Below are positions 1 through 13,899 of a stretch of 64,000 nucleotides of DNA, in pieces. The position numbers and the translations under genes are program-made. The notes beneath the pieces are model-generated. The model worked only from the letters and a program-made list of their open reading frames with translations. It had not been told where the DNA came from and made no database searches. How positions within the stretch are numbered: the first letter of the stretch is position 1; every line of letters begins with the position of its first letter. The DNA is from Lama guanicoe (Eukaryota): the NCBI GenBank assembly GCA_013239625.1, contig MU053994.1:2795589-2859588 (forward strand), written 5' to 3'.

Positions 1-216
1 ATATGTGAGGGAGTGACCCTTTGATTTTCTAGCTCCCAGTCATTGAGTCCTCCCAGTTGAGGCCGAGACATTGTGGAGCATAGACAAGCTGTCTCTACTG
101 TCCCCTGTCTGAATCCCTGACCCACAGAAACCATAAGAGATAATAAAGGATTATTATTGTTTTAAGCCACTAAGTTTTAGAATAATTTATCATGCAGTAA
201 GAGATAAAATAATACA
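1..216 (+). mobile_element. MaLR (MLT1H/I-like) LTR, 3' part
   Basis: Typical MLT1 end: 'cctgacccacagaaaccataagagataataaa...tgttttaagccactaagtttt...aataca'. Confidence 0.7.
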
Positions 217-1079
217 GGAACTATAAGAAGGTAAAGAGTATGGATTCTAGGAGAGAAGGACATCAGAATTTTCCCATAGGAAATCCTATTTAAGCCTTTG
301 GCATCCATGCCACTTTATATTTAAATCCTCCCCCACTTTAGCAAGCAAACTCATCATTCTAAAATCTTACCAAATGAACTATGCTTGATCCAAGTCGAAT
401 TAAGAATCTCTGAACAGGCTCCATGCTTTGGAGTCTTGAAAGCCCCTCACAGAGATCCAGGGCTCCCTGACTCAGGTGGCCACCCAAGGACTAAATGAAA
501 GAAGGGCTAAAGATTTCCAACTTGAGAGTAATAAGGAAGTGGCCTGATGTCTGGAGCCCATGAAGAGCGTTCTGAACTCATTTCCTACTGTGTTGGCTCG
601 CTATGAGTATATATAATACATGTAAGAAAATATAATTTAAAATAACTAAAACACCAATCAATCCTCTATTGTTCCCCCAATTAAATATATAATTAATCCA
701 TATTGCATTTTATACAAATTAAAAAGTGAATATTTTAAAAAAAGGAAAAAATTACAAAACCTCACCACCCAGAGATAACCACTCATATCTTGCTGTATTT
801 TTTAAATAAATTATATGTATTAATTATATATACAAATATAATAAATTATAATATATGATAAAGAAATATTGTATTTCCTTGGGTATATATAGGAGTGACT
901 GTCTGATACATTCAGTTCTGTATCCCACTTCTCTCACTTAACATCTGCACATCTTTCCATGTCAATAAATATAGCTCTACTTTAAAATTTTAATGGGCAT
1001 ATAACAACCCATTGCTTGAATATACCATAATTAAGTCAATTTCCTATTTTGGGGAATTTTGTCATTTCTATTTGCTTTC

Positions 1080-2610
1080 TTTTTTAATAAAAACTGTATA
1101 TATTAAGATCCACAACATGAAGTTTGAGACACATATACATAATGAAATGGTTACCACAGCCAAACTAATTAACACATCCAGCTCCTCACATAATTTCCAT
1201 TTGTGTGTGCATGTTATGTGTGCCTGTGTGTGTGTGCATGTTATGTGTGCCTGTGTGTGTGTGTATGTGTGTGTGTGGTAAGAGCTGGTATCTACTCTCT
1301 TGTGCAAATTTCCAGTATGCAATACAGTATCATTAACTATAGTCATCACTGCTGTACATTAGATCTCTAGAACTTATTCACCCTACAACTTTGTACCCTT
1401 TGATCAACATCTCCTCCATTTCGCTCACCTTCCTGCCCTTGGTAACCAACCACCATTCTATTATCTGCTTCTATGAATTCAAACTTTTTAGATCCCACAT
1501 ATAAGTGAGAACATGCGGTATTTTTCTTTCTGTGTCTGGCTTACTTCACTTAGCATGTCTTCCAGGAAATGGTAGGATCTCTTTTTTTTAAGGCTGAATG
1601 ATAATCCATTGTAATATATATACTACGTCTTGTTTATCCAGTCATCAGTCAGTGGACACTAAGGTTGTTCCCATATCTTGGCTATTGTGAATAATGCTGC
1701 AATGAACATGGGGTGCAGATATCTTTATGAGATACTGATTTCATTTCCTTTGGATATATACCCAGTAGCAGGATTACTGGATTGTATGGTAGTTGTATTT
1801 TTAATTTTTTGAGGAACCTCCATACCGTTTTCATGGTGGCTGTACCAGTTTACATTCCTACCAACAGTGTACAAGTAAGTGTTCCTTTTTCTCCACATCC
1901 TCGCCCAACACTTATTATCTCTTGTCTTTTTGATAATAGCCAACCTAACAGGCATGAGGTGATGTATCTCATTGTGGTTTTGATTTGCATTTCCCTGATG
2001 ATTAGTGATGCTAAGCACATTTTCATGTAGGTATTGGCCATTTGTATGTCTTCTTTGGGAAAATGTCTACTCAGATCCCTTGCCCATTCTTTAATTAGAT
2101 TTTTTTTTTGCTATTGAATTGTATGAGTTCCTTTTTTTTATATTAACCCATTATTGGATATATGGTTGGCAAGTATTTTCCTCCAACCTGTATGTTGCTT
2201 TTCCATTTTGTTGAATATTTCTTCTGTTGTGAAGCAGCTTTTTAGTTTTATGTAGTCCCACTTGTTTACTTTTGCTTTTGTTGCCGAACTTTTAATGTCA
2301 TATCCAAAAAAATCATTGCTAAGGCCAATATTAAGGAGATGTTTCCCTTCTAGAAGTCTTCTTCTTGAAGTTTTATGGTTTCAAGTCTTATGTTTAAGTT
2401 TTTAATTCATTTTGAGTTAATTATTGTGTATGTTGTAAGATAAGGGTCCAATTTCATTCATTTGCAGGTAGATATCCAGTTTTCCCAACACCATTTATTG
2501 AAGAGGCTATCTTTTCCCCATCGTGTATTCTTGGCATCCTCGTCAAATATTAGTTGTCTGTATATGCCGGGGTTTATTTCTGGGCTCTTGATTCTGTTCC
2601 ATTGGTCTTC
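1080..2610 (-). mobile_element. L1 (L1MA-type) 3' end and ORF2 C-terminus
   Basis: Minus-strand translations match L1 ORF2 C-terminus (IIREMQIKTTMRY, YTVGRNVNWYSH); L1MA-type 3'UTR with internal TG repeat. Confidence 0.85.
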
Positions 2611-3176
2611 ATAGATACTGTAATTACTTTTCTTAAGTGTTCACTTGTCTTTTAATATCATTAGTGGTGGTGGTGGTGGTGGTGTTTTTTTTTTTAATTT
2701 CTCCAAATTTTCCAAATACAAAATACCTTCACACCTAGTGATAATTTTTAAAATTCTTCGACATTAGCATACACCATATGCAAAAAGACTTGAGGGGAGG
2801 GTGGCCTTGAGTGATGCTCTTTGCACTTTTCTGTATTTCCCAGATTTATTAAAATGAGTAACTAATTTTTAGAATCTTAAAAAGTGTTCCAAAGAATTTT
2901 ATTTTCTTTTTTTAAGTTCAGGGACATTCTGTGGTCTATATGAGTGGAACACCAGAAGCAAGAAGGAGGATGGAGGGGAAGAGAGGTGAAGGATGAAGTT
3001 GGAAATGAAAATGGGAACCAGACCAGCAGGATTTTGGATTCCATGTCTGGGCTGCAGTCAGTAGTTGAAGGCTTTTAGACAGGAAAGTGCTCTGATAAGA
3101 TCTGTATTTCAGAAGGAGAACTCTGGTTACAATGGGAAACACAAATTGGATTTGGGAATTAAGAAGCTATTGGTGA

Positions 3177-3400
3177 TGGTATCAGCTGTTTACTGCTGTA
3201 ATAATGCTGTGTAACAAGGAACCACAGAACCTCAGTGATATACAGCAGCACTCAATGCTCACATATCTGGGGTCAGCTGGAGGCCAGCTCGGTAACCCTG
3301 CTGGTCCTGGCGAGCCTCATTCACAGACGGGGTCTGGGAGTAGTTGCCTATTGGCTGATCTAGACTAGGCTTGGCTTGCTTTGGACTGTCTTTTCATGGA
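3177..3400 (-). mobile_element. MaLR/ERVL LTR fragment
   Basis: 'tatcagctgtttactgctgtaataatgctgtgtaaca...cctcagtg' resembles an antisense MLT LTR end. Confidence 0.45.
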
Positions 3401-4368
3401 TGTTTGTATAGCTCATAGGCTTGGAAGACAGGGATAGTATCTCCCTCCAGAGCAAAGGGCAAGCATGCTTATTTACTATCTATTATAAAAGATTCAAGCT
3501 CCCTAACCTTGGAGTTTTTCTCATGTAACGCCATCCGCTGTGAGTGCAGGCATCCATCTGAGCCTATCCACATCAGCCTTAACAGACCTGGGAAGCAAGT
3601 CTGCTTGCTGCGCCATGAGTCATAAAATCCTTTGCCTTTGACCCAGAAGTCACATGTCTCTTGCCAGCATCCAGGAAACTGTGGCAAGTTAATGGGGTAA
3701 AATCTCAAAACTCTTCATGATTTATTTTAAAAATAAAAATGTTTATTTTTTTCTCAGTTTTACTGAGCTATGATTGACATACAGTGCTTTTATAAGTTTA
3801 TGGTGTACAGCATAATGACGTGACTTAGATATTGCAAAAGGATTGCCACAATATATTTAATTAACATCTATCACCCCATATAACTGTGAAAAATTTTTTT
3901 TCTCTTACGATGAGAACATTTAGGATCTACTCTTTTAGCAACTTTAAAATATACCATAGAGCAGTATTAACTACAGTCATCATGTTGTACATTACATCTC
4001 TACTACTTATTTATCCTACAACTGAAAGTGTGTATCTTTTGACCACTTTCATTCAATCCCTCCTCCCCCTACCCAAATCTCTGACAACCACAAATCTGAT
4101 CTCTTTTTCTATGAATTTGGTTTTTTGGTGGTTTGTTGTTGTTGTTGTTTTTCTCATTGTTTTTTTTTAGATTCTACATGTAAGTGAAATCATACAGTAG
4201 TTGTCTTTCTCTGTCTGGCTGATTTCACATAGCATAATGCCTGCAAGATCCATCCATGCTTCACAAATGGCAGGATTTCCTTCTTTTTTTTATGGCTCTT
4301 AAGTATCTCATTGTATGTATCGATCACATCTGCTTTATCCATTTGAGAACCTTCACAGTTCTTGACAT
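3400..4368 (+). mobile_element. ERVL-type LTR, interrupted by an L1 (~3720-4345)
   Basis: LTR-like sequence breaks at 'ggggtaaaatctcaaaactcttca' and resumes at 4345 'gagaaccttcacagttcttgaca', ending in CA. Confidence 0.5.
3720..4345 (-). mobile_element. 5'-truncated L1 3' end
   Basis: T-rich tail followed by antisense L1 3'UTR/ORF2 end ('agattctacatgtaagtgaaatcatacagtagttgtctttctctgtctgg'). Confidence 0.8.
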
Positions 4369-5449
4369 CAGTAGCTTCTTACTCTCAACCATTGGATCCA
4401 TGAGGAGCTTTCACAGTCACACTCCCAGTGCTGGGCCCAGGGCTTGTACTTAATTGGCACTTCAGAAATATTTGTCAAATGAATAAATTACTCATTTTTA
4501 TTTATTCTTTATTTTCCATAAATAGACTTGGAAATAGCATTTTACTTGACAGGGTCATCAGTCTCCTGTCATTGTCACCCCACGTAAGCTTTTCCCTCCA
4601 GTACCTAAGACAGTGATATCACAGCATTGAGGTACGTGGGTTACTGTAATTTTTAAAGCTTTTCGGGATGGTGCCTGATGCAATGTTTCCTTATATCTAG
4701 CACGGTTATACATGGGCTCTTACTGTTCTGAAATTCATTCCATTATGAGCTTTGATTTCTTTACGAAAATTTTTCCTATAGACTTTAGAAACTTGTAATG
4801 CGTCCCTGTACACTTATAGGTTGGGTTCCCAACTATTTGTCCAACTGAGTGGGTAAACCCAGGAGGAAAATAGTGGGAAATAAAAATAGGAAATCAATGG
4901 ACTCTAAAGGGGAGAAATCGATAAAGGTTAGAACAACATGTCTATTCAACTGTGTTGTGCAAGTTTTCGGCAGCTGTCTATTTAGCTAATGAAGTCTGGG
5001 TTAAAGTTCAAAAGGGAAAGCTCTATATGCACATATCTTCCGATTAAAAAAATGTTCAAGTATTTTTAACCCAAACATTTTCATACATTAAAAATCCAGT
5101 GATGAATTTTAATAGAGCATATATGCAGGATAGAGGAAATTTCAACTCAGATTTAAACATCATCAATATTTAAACTGTATTAATTTTGAAACCTCAACCC
5201 TGGCACAGTTTTAGAGCCTGTCTCCTCCTGCTGACTCTGGCGACAGTCTCTGGGCGAAACGTGAGTCATAACTTGTGACACTGCAGACAGCATCTGCGAG
5301 GCAGGGTGTTTCACTTCTCACTTTGGCTTATGTTTGCTTGCGCTGATTGGAAAGTAGGGACATAAGAGGAAAGTAAATGTGAGACTAGGGTTCTGCTAAT
5401 TTTTATTCAAGAGGCTCTGTTCTAAGAAATATTTAAAGATTTTAAAAAT

Positions 5450-6490
5450 GAGAATAGATGAGACAATTTGAGCTCCAATAAGTATAAAAATGCAATGAAT
5501 ACTTAATACCTCAGAACTGCACACTTAAAAATGGTTGAAATGGTATATTTTATGTTATGTGCATTTGACCACAATTTTTTTTAAATACAATGGATTAAAA
5601 CCCATAAAGTATGTTTAAAGTTTTTAAATTTATGGTGATATTTTAAAACTAGCCATTTTGGAGGCTATCAGGGAAACAATTCATCATCTGAAAACTAAAA
5701 ATAAAATTTTTAAATTATCTGAAGAATAAATGGAAATAATCAAACATATATCCTGCTTTTCCAACAGAAATTATACCATTAGGTAATCAAATAGTACCTC
5801 AGGGAAGCATTTCTTTATAAAATTACTCCAACTAATACATGCAAATAAAATGACAGAATTAGATTATCACTATTTTGCAACTCTCAATGAATTAATTGAT
5901 CTAGACAATGAGAATCAACAGCTGCTAATGTTGCAAAAAGAGACATAATCAGACATTCTATACCTCCTGATGAACGAACTCAACATTGCTTAGAGTCTTG
6001 CAAAAGAAATCCACCCTACGTCTGGTCAAACCTCTGAATCCAGATAACTGTTTTCAAGAAAAGCTGTGGACAGAACACATGTTGAAATGCACCCTGAATG
6101 TGTCATCAGCAAAAATTCAAATTGTAGGAAACTCTATAGGTCAAATTGTTCGTGTTCTTCAATGGGTAAAATATAAGGAGAAGAAAGGGATGAAGAGGGA
6201 ACCTTTAGATTAAAAGAGATTTAAAAGATGACTCAATAATTTTTTAATGAACAAGGCTAAACTAGAGTGTTTAAGGGCATGCACTTGTATAATGAAGCCA
6301 TAAAGAAGTGTGAGGAAATTATGACTATAAAAATCAGGATTATGGGCATGGAGGGACTTCTGGAGTGGCTGGCAAAGTACTACCTCTTCACCTGGATGGA
6401 TGGTAGTTATAAAGGTGTGATCTCATAATAATTCACTAATCTATACACTTTTTTATGTGTTTGTGTTTTATTTTATAATAAAAGAATATT
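5450..6490 (+). mobile_element. Ancient L1 (L1MC/MD-type) 3'UTR fragments
   Basis: 'atgacagaattagattatcac...aatgaattaattgatctagacaatg', and a terminal 'gtgttttattttataataaaa' A-rich end. Confidence 0.6.
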
Positions 6491-7069
6491 GAAGTGGGGC
6501 CCAGACTGCCATGTGGATGTGGCCAGCTGGTTAGAAAGAAAGATGGTGAGAGAACTGGTGAGCCCCCAGAGGCCACCTAAGCACCAAACATTTGCCCAGC
6601 TACACGTGGGCAGGTGGCTACTGAATTGTACTATGAGTTTGGGTCAAGACAGAGTTTTGAATTCCCCACAGAAATGGATGAGAAAGGGCTCAGAATTTGT
6701 TTTAAGCAAGCTACTTTTTAGTTTCTGGAGCAATTTGGTTCTCCGGGCATCATATCTCAGGCTAGCCAAGTGCTAGCAAAAACTTGGAATTACACCTTCA
6801 ACGCTATGCTGTCTGAAGGATGTGAGTGAGGAAGTACTGGTTTTAGACACCCATTTCATTACAGAGATATACTATAGCATCCATATCAGCAATGCACTTG
6901 AAGCTATATCCAAGGCTGCAGCTAGCTCTTCTTCCACCAAGAAATGTAGAGAAGGTGAGGAGCTTATGACCTAAATCTTGCCCAGATGGACGTCCCCAAG
7001 GGGAAGGCAACATAAAATGTCAGAGCAAGAGAAATACTACATTCCACCAAAGATTATATTTAACAATGT

Positions 7070-8498
7070 GATACCAATAAACACCTCTTAGAATCCTAAA
7101 ATCCAGAAATCTGACAATACCAGTTGCAGGTGAGGATGTGGAACAACAGAAACTCTCATTCACTGCTGGTGAGAATGCAAAAATGGTACAGCCACTTTGG
7201 AAGACCATTTGGTAATTTCTTACAAAGCTAAACGTAGTCTTACCATACAATACAGCAATTGTGCTCCTAGGTATTTACCCAACTGATTTGAAAGTTATAT
7301 CACACAAAACTTGCCTGTGAATGTTTATAACAGCTTTATTTATAATTACCCCAAACCAGAGCAACCAAGAGGTCCTTCAATATGTGAATGGATAAACAAA
7401 CTATGGTACATCCATACAGTGGAATACTATTCCATGATAAAAAGGAAATGTGCTATCCAACTATGCAAAAAATATGGATGAATCTTAAATGCATATTGCT
7501 AAGTGAAAGTACCCAGTCTGAAAAGGTTATGTACCGTATGATTCCATTTATATGACACTCTGGAAAAGGCAAAACTGTATAGACAGTAAACAGATCAGTG
7601 GTTGTTAGGGGTTTGAGGAAGGGGGAGGGTCAAATTAGTGAAGCACTGGGATTTTTAAGTCAGTGAAACTATTCTGTATGATACTATCATGGTGGATACA
7701 TGATGCTATGCATTTGTCAAAAATCCATAGAAATTTACAGCATAAAGAGTGAGCTTAATGTGTGCAAATTTCTTTTAAAAGTCATTTAGGAGGTCAAGGG
7801 ATCCCAGGGTGGAATACAGACCGTGACAAAAGAATCTACCTGCATTACAAATATATGATATAACATCACTGAAGGGGGTGGGGGAAAAGGTAAGTAAGTT
7901 CCTAAGTAACTTTGGAAGTGAGTGGATACTGTAAGACTAAAAACAAAAGAAACTGTATATAGCACTATATTCTGGTTAATAAAGTGGTTTCCCATGGAGG
8001 GTAGATGTTACCAATTCTAGCGCTGCTGTACATGTATACTGGAAGTGAACAATTAAGTAAATAGATGGCAGATCATGGGAGCCAGTTTTCTCACTGTTAG
8101 AGTGGGAGGTTCCATACAAGCAAGGAGAAGGCTAGAACAATCCACATGGTACTGGATTAGAGCTGGAGACATCAGTATGGAGATGTGTTTAGCTTAATAT
8201 AGATATTGATGAATACATATAGAAATATTTATAGATATGTAAATATACACTGGTTAGTATACACACATATATTTCCTTGCTCCATCAGCTGAGAATGCCT
8301 AGAAGTAATGATAAGCTTGTAGCAATGAACACACCAAGTACCTAGATATTGGTTTCTAATATCATTTTCTAATTTAAAAAAAAAGGAACCCAGGCTCTTT
8401 GAAGAAATGGCTGATTCTAGAGCGGAGGCAGGGAATATACAAAATAAGACCAGAGTATCTTGTAGTGCCAGAAGGTAAAGTAGTACTAAACAGACACA

Positions 8499-8531
<33 letters not shown>

Positions 8532-8990
8532 CTGGGGGGTATGGCAAAAGACAAAGAGTCAACTGAAACAGCTCCCAGTGGCCAAAGACAATTTGAGTAA
8601 CAAAATAAATAAAATAGTATTGGGTTATAACCCAAGTTTTCATGAGTCCATACTGATATAAATGACTGAATAGATAAACAGATAAATGGGGAAGAGGAGA
8701 CAAATGTCTCCGTGCAGAAGAATTCCAAGCAATTTATGTAGCTACTCCGTCTTCTAGGAGGTAGAATATGTCTCCCCACGTCTTATGTGTGGGCTGTACG
8801 TAGTAATGTCCTTACAAAGAGAAGAGAATAGAAAGTTGAGGGAAGGAACAGCATTACAGTAGAGAAGCCTGACAAACACTATCTCAGCCAGGTGGTCAAG
8901 GTCAACATTAAGACTGATGTCATGCTGACAGTATGTACACTTGATATCATGTGATGAGAATTACACTTTATCTCTGTGGTCTCTCAAACA
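7070..8990 (+). mobile_element. L1MC-type 3' end with long 3'UTR
   Basis: ORF2 end 'ggtgaggatgtggaacaacagaaactctcattcactgctgg'; L1MC3-like UTR 'ggatcccagggtggaatacagaccgtgacaaaagaatc'; (CA)n at 8491-8529. Confidence 0.75.
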
Positions 8991-9779
8991 CCAAACGAAT
9001 CTCCCTTTAGAGGACATGCTATAAAATACCTGCTACTCCTCCAAATCCTTGTTTTGGGGTCTTCCTCTAGAAGAACACAAACTAAGATGGCTTTCAAGTT
9101 CACTCAGCCCAGGGAAAAATGTATGAAGAGGTGAAGTGACATCCCCCAGCTCCCACATGTGATTAGTAGCAGAGCTGGGCCAGTGACTTACACAAAATAA
9201 ATGCTAAAAAAACTATTGGTTGAAAAAATTAAGAATGAAGCTGTAGAACCCAGGTTTCCTGCCTGCTAGATTGGTGCTCTTTCCACTAAGCAATTTACTC
9301 TTAGTTATTAAAAATTCCACATTTGAAGGCTATGATTTAATAGATAAACATGTAGATGGAGATAGTAACTATCAGCCATTAGGACTGAAACTTATTCCTT
9401 ACGTAAGGCTGGATGCTTTGAGGGGTCAGGGACCACCTGAGAATGGGAAAGTTGGAAATGGGATAGGATTTAAGATCAGAAATAAGGGGAACTGGGTAGG
9501 TCACCAGGCTGAGTGGCACAAGCAGGAGCCTAGAGTGGCATCAGTGTGTGAGTCACCAAACCCAAACAAGAGAACTGGCATGTAAGAGGCGGGAGGGTCA
9601 CAGCACTGGCAAGAAACAAGGAAGAAGAGGAAGCATCCAGGATGGCTTTGGATAAAGGGCTGTGGAAAGCCCTCCCCTGTGAGGGAACCCTGTGGAAGAT
9701 CCTCCATCCTGACCCCTCAGGATGACCTCTATTGTCTTAAAGTGGCAGTGTTCAGAATATGCTACAAACAATTCACAAA

Positions 9780-10305
9780 ATTACAATCACTGAGATTTAC
9801 AGATTGTTAGTTGCCTCTTCACCGTTCATTCTCCCCTTCTTTGTTATGAACAGAAATTCTGTATTATTGGGTGTGGCAATGCACTCAGCTATAAACCAAT
9901 GCTTTTCCAGCTTTCCCTGCAGATATTGATGACTGAGAAGGTGAAAGCAAAAGTCATTGGGTGAGACTTATGAGAAAGCTTTGTAAAGGAAACTAATGCA
10001 AGTGATTTAATCTTTTGCCCTGGCCCTTTCCTCCTGCCTGCTGCCTAGAATGTGTATAGATAGTGGCTGAGTTGTAGCAGTCATCATGGACCATGAAGCA
10101 ATCTTTACTGGAGCCATGTGACCAAATATAGGAGAGCAGAAAGAAGAATCCTGGGTCCTAGATGTGTGTAGGGCTGCCATATCAGCCCCGGATACCTACC
10201 CCTAAGCTCCTTTCCTGGGAGAAAAAAAATAACCTTTTATCATGTTTAAACCACTGTAATTTGGGTTTCTGTTACATGCTGTGGAATCTAATCCTAACTG
10301 ATACA
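9780..10305 (+). mobile_element. Old MaLR (MLT1K/L-like) LTR
   Basis: Ends 'tgtttaaaccactgtaatttgggtttctgttacatgc...cctaactgataca'. Confidence 0.6.
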
Positions 10306-10474
10306 TTGACCAAGGATCCGAAAGAAGTGTAATACTAATAAAGGCCCTAGCTGACTTTGAGACTTGCTCTCACTTTGTTAAAAAAGGGAAATGAGCATGT
10401 GTTAAAGAGGCATCGAAGAGAAGACCAAACAAAAAAATTTCTTCTTAATATAATACAATTTTTTAAAAGCTAAA

Positions 10475-10610
10475 GAAGTGGTGAATGAAAAGGAATATGT
10501 GTATGTACATGTATGACTGAAACATTGTGCTGTACACCAGAAATTGACACATTGTAAATTGACTATACTTAACTTTTTTAAAAGTGCTGAAAAGAACAAC
10601 AAAAAAAGTA
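10475..10610 (+). mobile_element. Short lineage-type L1 3' tail
   Basis: 'gaaaaggaatatgtgtatgtacatgtatgactgaaacattgtgctgtacaccagaaattgacacattgtaa' plus A-rich tail; same family as 18461 and 54525. Confidence 0.75.
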
Positions 10611-10984
10611 ATATTTGTGAGAAAATTTAAACCTTATATATGAACTACCCTAAAGAAAAATGCCAGAAATGTTAGGTTTCCTAATGTAATGATTAAGCCA
10701 GTTAAATATGAAATCATTGCCTAACATATAACGAAAAGAGGAACTTTAACTCAGCCAATGATTGTCTTTTCTGACAAAGAAAATGTCCATGTGAGCATAC
10801 CTGTGGTGCTGATTTATGTGCTGGTATACCTCTGCTATGCTGTGGATTTGGTGAGGGAGCACACAGACCATTTTGAAGAGCTTGGAACTTGATGTTGGTT
10901 TCTGCAATATTATGATTTATAAGATATATATATGTATATATGTGTGTGTGTACATATATATACATATATATAAGACATATATTC

Positions 10985-12030
10985 AGATGACCAAAATATA
11001 TTTCTCACATATATTTGGTCTTCATCTGCAGTTCCTGGCTCATAGTTCCCAAAACCCTTGGAATTTCCTGAGCAGTAAGAGCAATGAGAGCATCTTTTGT
11101 TATAATATTTGGTCTCTGGTCCTCAGTTCCTGAAATCCCTTCAGAGCCATAAAGGTGAAATGGGTGTCTTGTTATTCTTAACAAGCCCCTTTCCACCACA
11201 GCTGGGTTTATGTTACTGAAGGTGACTTTGGAGAGCACCTAAGGATGAGGGCTGCCAGGAGAACTGACCAAGAATAAAGAGGTGAAACTTTTATTCCCAT
11301 CCTCTGATTTCCAGGGAGGGGAGATAGGTGAGATGTTGAATCAATCTCTAATGGCCAATGAGTTAAGCAATCACGCCTATCTAATGAAGCCTCCATAAAG
11401 ACCCAAAAAGGAGAGGGTTTGGAGAGCTTCCAGTTTGGGGAACCAGAATGCTTCCACATGCCCCATGCTGGGCTCCAACTTCCTTGAGGATAGAAGCTTC
11501 CTTGTTCAGGACCTCACCCTGTGTGTCTCTTCTTCTGATATCCTTTAATATCCTTTAATCCTTTGAAGTAATATCCTTTAATATCCTTTGTAGTAAATCT
11601 GTAATCTCGTGAGTAGACACGTTTCCTGAGTTCTGTGAGCCATTCTAATAAATTGATCAAACCTAAGGAGGGGGTCCTAGGAATCTCTGATTTATAGCCA
11701 GTCAATCAGAAGTACAGGTAACAACCTGGACTTGTGATTGGCGTCCTGAGTTGGAAGGAGTAGTTGGAACCTCCAGTTTCTAGGAGGTTGGTCAGAAGCA
11801 CCAGTGATAACCTGGGCTTGTGACTGTCATCTGAAGTAGAGGGTGGTCTTGCAGGACTGAGCCCTTTACCTGGGGAAGCGATGCTATCTCTGGGTAGACA
11901 GTGGCAGAATTGTGTTGAATTGAGTTGAATTCTCAGACATCCTGCTTGTGTCTGAGAATTGCTTGTTGATGTGGGGAAGTCTACACACACTCACACACAC
12001 ACTGGAATTGGGTCCAGGAACCCAAAAAGA
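10985..12030 (+). mobile_element. ERV LTR, MER21-like
   Basis: 'cagttcctggc...aaaacccttggaatttcctg...gagcatcttttgtt', 'gtttcctgagttctgtgagccattcta', 'tgatttatagccagtcaatcagaagtacaggt' are MER21-family-like motifs. Confidence 0.7.
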
Positions 12031-12393
12031 GTTTCACTGCCTGTTATGCCTCAGCTACACATTGGGGAATATTAAGTCAATGAACGTGGTACATGCTGGA
12101 GTAATGTCCTGTGCGGGTAAAGGCAATGAAAGGAGAAACAAAAACTAATTTTAAAAAGTTACTCTTCCATTTTTGAGAGAGAGAGGAGAACAAGGTGGAG
12201 GAGACAAGGATGGGTTTTTCTGAATGACTTTGTTTGGGAAACATAAATATTTTTGTGTAATTATAAAAGCAAATTTAAATCAAAAGGATAAAAATGAATC
12301 CCTAAATAACAAAGGAAAAGTGAAAAAAAAATCAACCTGTATATCAAGTTAGTGTCTTTATAACACAGAAAGAAATTACTTCAAATAATTTTA

Positions 12394-12626
12394 GCAGCCA
12401 CTATAGAAAACAATATGGAGGTTTCTCATTATGGAGGATATGGAGGTAGAAAAATAGAACTACTATATAATCCAGCAATTCCACTTCTGGGTATTTATCC
12501 AAAGAAAATTAAAACATTAATTTGAAAAGATACATGCACCCTAATGTTCATTGCAGTATTATTTACAATAGCCAAAATATGGAAACAGCCTAAGTGTTCA
12601 CTGATGGATGAATGGATAAAGAAAGT

Positions 12627-12665
<39 letters not shown>

Positions 12666-13150
12666 GAATATTATTTAGCCATAAAAAGAGTAAAATCTCA
12701 CTATTTGCAACAACGTGGATGGACCTAGAGGCCATTATGCTAAATGAAATAATTCAGACAGAGAAAGACAAATACTGTATAATTTCATTTATATATGGAA
12801 TTTAAAAACAATGTATCAACAAATCAAGCTCATAGATACAGACAAGAGATTGGTGGTTGCCAGAGGTGAGGGGTTGGAGAAGTGAGTAAAGGGGGTAAAA
12901 AGGTACAAACTTCCAGTTATAAAATAATTAAATCATGGGGATATAATGTGCAGTATGGTGACTATAGTTAATAGTACTGTATTGCATATTTGAAAGTTGC
13001 TAAAAGAGTAGATCTTAAAAGTCCTCAACACAAGAAAAAAAATTTGTAACTATGTACGGTGATGGAATACTTATTGTGATGATCATTTCACAATATATAC
13101 AAATATCAAATATGTACATCTGAAACTAATATGTCAACTATACCTCAAAA
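12394..13150 (+). mobile_element. L1MA-type 3' end nested in L1MC
   Basis: ORF2 end and 3'UTR; TSD 'aaataatttta' at 12383-12393 and 13151-13161; (CA)n at 12630-12663. Confidence 0.85.
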
Positions 13151-13691
13151 AAATAATTTTAAATTATTTGAAATAATTTAAAATACATAGTGTTGACTGT
13201 ACATCTCTTGTGGAATATATCCTATAGACAAAATAAATTTTAGAAAATCCTAAAATTTTAGTGATGATTCTACTATTGCCATTTTGAAATTATTAGTGTG
13301 TATATAATATATATACATATAAACACATAAATATATACACTCATACACACATGTATATTAGGATAAAGCAAATAAGTAACTATTTTAACGTCATTAAGAA
13401 CTAATATTTTCAGCCTAGGAGAAAAGAGATACAAATATAGATTCAATGAAATTATGTAAAAACCATGTAACTTTAATTTTGAATTGAAGATGTCAATATG
13501 AATCTGTGAATTAAATTTTTTTATCTTTCTAAAAAAAACAAAGCTTCCCAGCTCTGTCCACTGAAAAGGCAATGATCAGCTCAGAGGCAATGAATACTCC
13601 TAGTATCCAGATTGTGGTTTCTCAATGCCTTTACCCACTAAAAATAACTAGGACTTCCTGGAGAAATAGCTGATTTCATATCTGGACCAGA

Positions 13692-13738
<47 letters not shown>

Positions 13739-13899
13739 TATACATATACATATATATATATATGCTAAACTATTATAACAGAAAACATGGAAGCTATCAA
13801 ATAGTATTGATGTCATGTTAAAAGGACACAGTAATCAATTTTAAGGCATTCTACTTGCTAAAGATGGAACAACTTAAACATTAAAAAGAACGGTGATCC

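Noticed and set aside
1202..1278. 28-bp tandem duplication in a TG tract, and other (CA)n/(TA)n runs
   Set aside because: Ordinary microsatellite slippage inside L1 elements.
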